Shown here piece by piece: positions 51,170-55,180 of a stretch of DNA of 55,180 bases. Below the pieces are notes generated by a model. That model ran no database searches. It was not told where the DNA came from and saw nothing but the letters and a program-made list of their open reading frames with translations. The DNA comes from Collinsella sp. (GTDB taxonomy: Bacteria > Actinomycetota > Coriobacteriia > Coriobacteriales > Coriobacteriaceae), in assembly GCA_048254795.1 (NCBI GenBank), contig DBEZQF010000064.1, positions 1 to 55,180 on the forward strand, in the 5' to 3' direction. The position numbers and the translations under genes are program-made. Position 1 is the stretch's first letter; each line of letters starts with the position of its first letter.

Positions 51170-52788
51170 TGACTGACGTGCGCGAGGCCGCGCAGAACCT
51201 GATCGAGTACGCTATTCACCGATCGATGATCGGCCAGGACGATCGCATCTGGGCATACAACACCATTTTGGAGTGCATCGGCGCCACGGGTCCCGCGCTC
51301 GACATGGCTTGGGCGCTCAAGACCGAGAAGATTTCGCTCTTGCACCCCGATACACTCCCCGACTTTGACCTGGAGGGCACGCTTGCCGCGCTTTCCGAGG
51401 CCGCCGTGGCCAACGGTGCTGCCGAGGACACGGCGTCGGGCCGCGACCGCATCGCCATGCGCATCATGGGCGGGCTCATGCCGAGGCCTTCGGTTGTAAA
51501 CGAGGAGTTCAACGGACGTATGGGCGTCCACGAACCCCGAGCCGCGACCGACTGGTTCTACGGCCTGTGCTGTGACGCCGGTTACGTGCGCCGCGCCGCC
51601 ATCGCGCGCAACATCAAATGGAGCACTTCCACCAACTGGGGTGACCTGGAGATCACTATCAACCTGTCCAAGCCTGAGAAGGACCCGCGCGATATCGCCG
51701 CGGCAGGTGCAGCCAAGAACACGGGCGAGAAGTATCCCGCCTGCCAGCTCTGCATCGAAAACGAGGGCTATCCCGGACGTTCCGCCGCAGCCGACGGCGG
51801 CGCTCACCCCGCCCGCCAGAATCTGCGCGTCATCCCCATCCAGCTCGACGGCGAGCGCTGGGGCTTCCAGTACAGCCCGTATGCGTACTTTAACGAGCAC
51901 TGCATTGCCATGAGCTCCGAGCATCGCCCGATGCACGTCGACCGTAAGGGACTGACCTGCCTGCTCGACTTTGTGGACCTGTTCCCGCACTACTTTATTG
52001 GCTCCAACGCCGACCTGCCCATCGTGGGCGGCTCGATTCTTTCGCACGACCACTTCCAAGGCGGTGCGCACGAGTTCCCCATGATGCATGCCGCCGAGGT
52101 CTCGCAGTTTAGCGTACCCGGATTTGACCAGGTCAGCGGCACTGTGCTGCAATGGCCGCTTTCGGTGCTGCGCCTGCGCTCGCATGACCGCGCTCAGCTG
52201 CTCGACGCTGCCGAGAAGATTATCCTCGCTTGGCGCGAGTGGACCGATGAGTCGGTTGGCATCGTCGCGCACACAGTCGACGGCGTAGCGCACAACACCG
52301 TGACGCCCGTCATCCGCCGCGTCGATTCCCGCGGCAATGCCGGCGGCGAGATCTACGAGGCCTACCTGGCGCTTCGCTGCAATATCACGACCGACGAGCA
52401 TCCGCTGGGCGTGTTCCACCCGCATGCCGAGTATCACCATATTAAAAAGGAGAACATCGGCCTGATCGAGGTCATGGGCCTGGCCATTTTACCGCCGCGC
52501 TTGGTTCCCGAGCTCGGCGCTGTCCGCGAGCACCTGCTGGCGGCCAAGGCCGATGCCAGCTACGATCTCGCCGGCGCGCTCGAGGGCGACGACCTTTGCC
52601 GCAGCCACGCCGCATGGGCCGAGGACGTCTTTGTTCGTCGTGCCGATGAGCTTACGGCCGACAACGCCATCGACATCCTGCACGAAGAGGTCGGCGTGGT
52701 GTTTGGCCACGTGCTCGACAACGCCGGCGTCTTTAAGTGGGACGAAGCCGGCCGCGCCGCCCAACAGCGCTTTATCGACTCGTTGTAA
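51160..52788 (+). CDS. galT: UDP-glucose--hexose-1-phosphate uridylyltransferase (type II)
   Basis: LEITINLSKPEKDP, YP.C.LC.ENEGY, QYSPY.Y.NEHCI, SILSHDHFQGG and HHIKKENIGLIEVMG motifs. Confidence 0.95.
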   Translation: MAVMTDVREAAQNLIEYAIHRSMIGQDDRIWAYNTILECIGATGPALDMAWALKTEKISLLHPDTLPDFDLEGTLAALSEAAVANGAAEDTASGRDRIAMRIMGGLMPRPSVVNEEFNGRMGVHEPRAATDWFYGLCCDAGYVRRAAIARNIKWSTSTNWGDLEITINLSKPEKDPRDIAAAGAAKNTGEKYPACQLCIENEGYPGRSAAADGGAHPARQNLRVIPIQLDGERWGFQYSPYAYFNEHCIAMSSEHRPMHVDRKGLTCLLDFVDLFPHYFIGSNADLPIVGGSILSHDHFQGGAHEFPMMHAAEVSQFSVPGFDQVSGTVLQWPLSVLRLRSHDRAQLLDAAEKIILAWREWTDESVGIVAHTVDGVAHNTVTPVIRRVDSRGNAGGEIYEAYLALRCNITTDEHPLGVFHPHAEYHHIKKENIGLIEVMGLAILPPRLVPELGAVREHLLAAKADASYDLAGALEGDDLCRSHAAWAEDVFVRRADELTADNAIDILHEEVGVVFGHVLDNAGVFKWDEAGRAAQQRFIDSL

Positions 52789-52950
52789 TGATCCCTTGGG
52801 GACGGAGGAAAACGGATCATTTCGTCTTCAAGACAACGGCGCCCGCCGGCAACATCGCCGGCGGGCGCCGTTTTTGAGTGTAGTCATTGGGGTCATTCTT
52901 AAGGGGCGTTCTTAAACGACTAGTCATTAAAGAGCGTCCCCAATGACTAC
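52787..52950. repeat. Cluster of GGGGAC-loop hairpins around a terminator
   Basis: AATGATCC-CTTGGGGACGG...-GGATCATT (52787-52821); terminator AACGGCGCCCGCCGG...CCGGCGGGCGCCGTTTTT (52835-52875); GTAGTCATTGGGG...GAGCGTCCCCAATGACTAC (52880-52950). Confidence 0.65.
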
Positions 52951-52982
52951 TTGCGACCAAGGCAACGCCGGTGTCTTGGCAA

Positions 52983-53131
52983 CGACAGCGAAAACGCCCC
53001 TAAGCGAGCAAGGTGACGTGAAAGAGGAGGGCATTGACCTTCTGGTCATGCCCGACGATTGAACGTCAGATTGCCGCTTAGGGGCGTTTGTAGCGTCGAG
53101 CCGTTTCGGCGTTTGGTAAAACGCCGTAACC
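52983..53131 (-). repeat. Structured repeat family B, copy 3
   Basis: On the minus strand, directly after the TAG of the kinase gene: GGTTACGGCGTTTTACCAAACGCCGAAAC, then a bulged stem with GACCAGAAGGTC apex. Confidence 0.8.
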
Positions 53132-54067
53132 CTAGAGTTCAGTCACGACAACGCTGTTGTAGACCTCGTCCCAGCGGTCCATGACCAGGTGGCCGGTCTT
53201 GGGATCCATGGCGTTGAGCTTGCCGCAGGTATTGGCGGTCTTGAGCACCGTGACGTCGTCGGCGCCGGCAGCAATGGCATGCGCAAAGCCGGCGATGGTC
53301 GAGTCGCCGGAACCCGTAGCGTTCACAGCCGCAATCGCGGGCGTCTTGGCGCGGAACGCGCGACCCTCATGGAAGCCCACCGAACCGGCAGCGCCCATCG
53401 AAACGACAACCCAGGGAATACCAGCAAAGCGGCCATCGGCGGCGAGCGCCTCGCGCAGGGCATCGACATCATCAGTCGTAAAGGACGTACCCAGCAGGCC
53501 GTTAATCTCGGTCAGGTTGGGCTTTACGAGCTCAGGCTTAGCGTCGGACTCAAGCGCGGCCTCCAGCGATGCACCCGAGGTATCGAGCAGCACCTTGGCG
53601 CCCGCCTCCTCAGCGATCTTGACGAGCTCGGCATAGTAGCCGGCATCGACGCCGCGCGGCAGCGAGCCCGAAAGCGTCACAACGTCCGCCTTCGCTGCAA
53701 GCTCGGCGAACTTGGCCGTAAAGGCCTCGAGCTCGGCCGGGGCGATCTGCGGGCCGCTCTCCAGCAGCTCGGTCTGGTTGCCCTCGTGCAGGATATTCAG
53801 GCAGATGCGTGTCTCGCCAGCGATGGGCACAAAGTCGTTCTTGACGCCATCGGCATCCATGAGCTCGGCCATATAGGCACCCATGTGACCGCCGAGCAGA
53901 CCGGTCGCGAGCACATCGTCGCCCAACTGCAGCAGCACACGGCTCACGTTGAGGCCCTTGCCGCCAGCGGTCTTTTCGGGCGTCACACGGTTAACATCGT
54001 CGATGATCAGCTTATCGAGCTGATAGCGCGTATCAATCGACGGGTTCATGGTAACGGTCAGAATCAT
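53132..54067 (-). CDS. PfkB-family hexose-phosphate kinase (tagatose-6-phosphate kinase LacC / 1-phosphofructokinase-like)
   Basis: MILTVTMNPSID, AGGKGLNV, LSGSLP, KPN..E and NATGSGDS motifs. Confidence 0.9.
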   Translation of the reverse strand: MILTVTMNPSIDTRYQLDKLIIDDVNRVTPEKTAGGKGLNVSRVLLQLGDDVLATGLLGGHMGAYMAELMDADGVKNDFVPIAGETRICLNILHEGNQTELLESGPQIAPAELEAFTAKFAELAAKADVVTLSGSLPRGVDAGYYAELVKIAEEAGAKVLLDTSGASLEAALESDAKPELVKPNLTEINGLLGTSFTTDDVDALREALAADGRFAGIPWVVVSMGAAGSVGFHEGRAFRAKTPAIAAVNATGSGDSTIAGFAHAIAAGADDVTVLKTANTCGKLNAMDPKTGHLVMDRWDEVYNSVVVTEL

Positions 54068-54123
54068 ATTGAACTCCTGTTTCCGGGGCACGACACGCGC
54101 GGCCCCAAACATACGATAGCTCG

Positions 54124-55023
54124 TTAAAGGATCTCGATCTCAAAGCCGCGGGTGACGGTCTCCCCCGGCTTGGCCACCAGGCAGCCGCGCTTGTGCTCCA
54201 GAATATCGTCCTCGTCGGAGCAGGTGGACAGGCCGCCCCACGGTTCCACGGCCACAAAGTCGCCCTCGGGCTTGCTCCACACAATCAGGTACGGCATATC
54301 GGGGAACGTCAGGCGCACGCCCTTGTCCTCGGTCTTCTTGGTCAGCGTAACCACGCGGCTCTCGAGCACGTCAAAGATGGTCTCCGCGAAGTCGAAGAGC
54401 TCGTGGGTCAGCGGCAGGTTCTGGTCGATCATGGGGTTCTTGCTGCGATGCTCAACATCAATCAGACCCGTCGAAGGAACGGCAGTACAGAGCTCGGCGG
54501 CCTCGAGCTGATCAAAATGGAGCTCGTAGTCGTCATAGGACTCGCCCTCGTCAAGCGGGCACTTAAAGCCAGGGTGGCCACCCACAAAGAACGGCATGTC
54601 CTCGGTGCCCTCATTGGTCACCTCGTACGACACGGCCACCTTAGCCGCATCGATCGTGTAACGAGCAACGATCTTAAACGGATACGGGTACTGCTCGAGC
54701 AACTCGGCATGGTCGGCAGAGCTTAGGCTCAGCGCGACCATGTTGTCGCCCTGCTCCTCGAGCTTCCACTCCTGTTTGCGAGCAAAGCCGTGACGGGCGA
54801 GCTTAACCTCGCGGCCGCCCATGGTCATTGCGCGACCGTCACGAAGGCCGCCGCAGATCGGGAAACAAATGGGTGCCTGGCCCGACCAGACCGCCGGGTC
54901 ACCCTGCCACAGGTACTCACGGCCGTTGGCCGTAATAGAAGTGAACGATCCGCCAGCCGTGCTCAACGCAATGCGGACAGAGCCGTTATCAAGAACAAAC
55001 TCCATGGGAATCTTCTCCTTCAC
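54124..55023 (-). CDS. LacX-like aldose 1-epimerase family protein
   Basis: EYLWQGDP..W.GQAP..FP..G, HGFAR, YPYPF, GGHPGF..P and FVAVEPW motifs. Start may be 55005. Confidence 0.88.
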   Translation of the reverse strand: MKEKIPMEFVLDNGSVRIALSTAGGSFTSITANGREYLWQGDPAVWSGQAPICFPICGGLRDGRAMTMGGREVKLARHGFARKQEWKLEEQGDNMVALSLSSADHAELLEQYPYPFKIVARYTIDAAKVAVSYEVTNEGTEDMPFFVGGHPGFKCPLDEGESYDDYELHFDQLEAAELCTAVPSTGLIDVEHRSKNPMIDQNLPLTHELFDFAETIFDVLESRVVTLTKKTEDKGVRLTFPDMPYLIVWSKPEGDFVAVEPWGGLSTCSDEDDILEHKRGCLVAKPGETVTRGFEIEIL

Positions 55024-55180
55024 ATATCATCTCGCACGATCCATTGTGAACGTCGTGCCTTTAGCAGAAAGGTAATGAGGCAGCGCCGCAAACAAAAGAA
55101 CAATGCACGTCCAGCCCGCTGGGCCAATTGGGCTGATAGCAAACCGGCCCGCGCCCCATCACAGAAACGCGAGCCGTCAA

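Overview
This is a GC-rich chromosomal segment of an anaerobic actinobacterium. Gene content and codon style suggest Coriobacteriia, probably Collinsella (inference). It holds about 36 housekeeping and metabolic genes: map, pfkA, asd/lysC/thrC/thrB, engB, mtnN, pflA/pflB, a sucrose/fructo-oligosaccharide PTS cluster with two GH32 enzymes, a DAHP synthase, three ABC exporter systems, a two-component system, a flavodiiron protein, Leloir galMKT and tagatose-pathway genes. I found no rRNA, tRNA, CRISPR array, transposase or integrase. The most notable observations are: (1) pyruvate formate-lyase is naturally split into a catalytic gene lacking the glycyl-radical loop plus a separate 83-aa glycyl-radical gene with its own RBS; (2) the intergenic spaces carry a dense, interlinked set of structured repeats, namely a ~130-bp covarying palindrome family with a C-GNA-G apex (5 copies, same orientation just after stop codons), a ~160-bp covarying family with an invariant GACCAGAAGGTC apex (3 copies, each starting at a TAG stop) and short hairpins with a GGGAC loop; (3) a MutT/NUDIX-Vsr endonuclease fusion with no methyltransferase nearby. 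All calls come from reading the sequence and recognising motifs; no database search was run.
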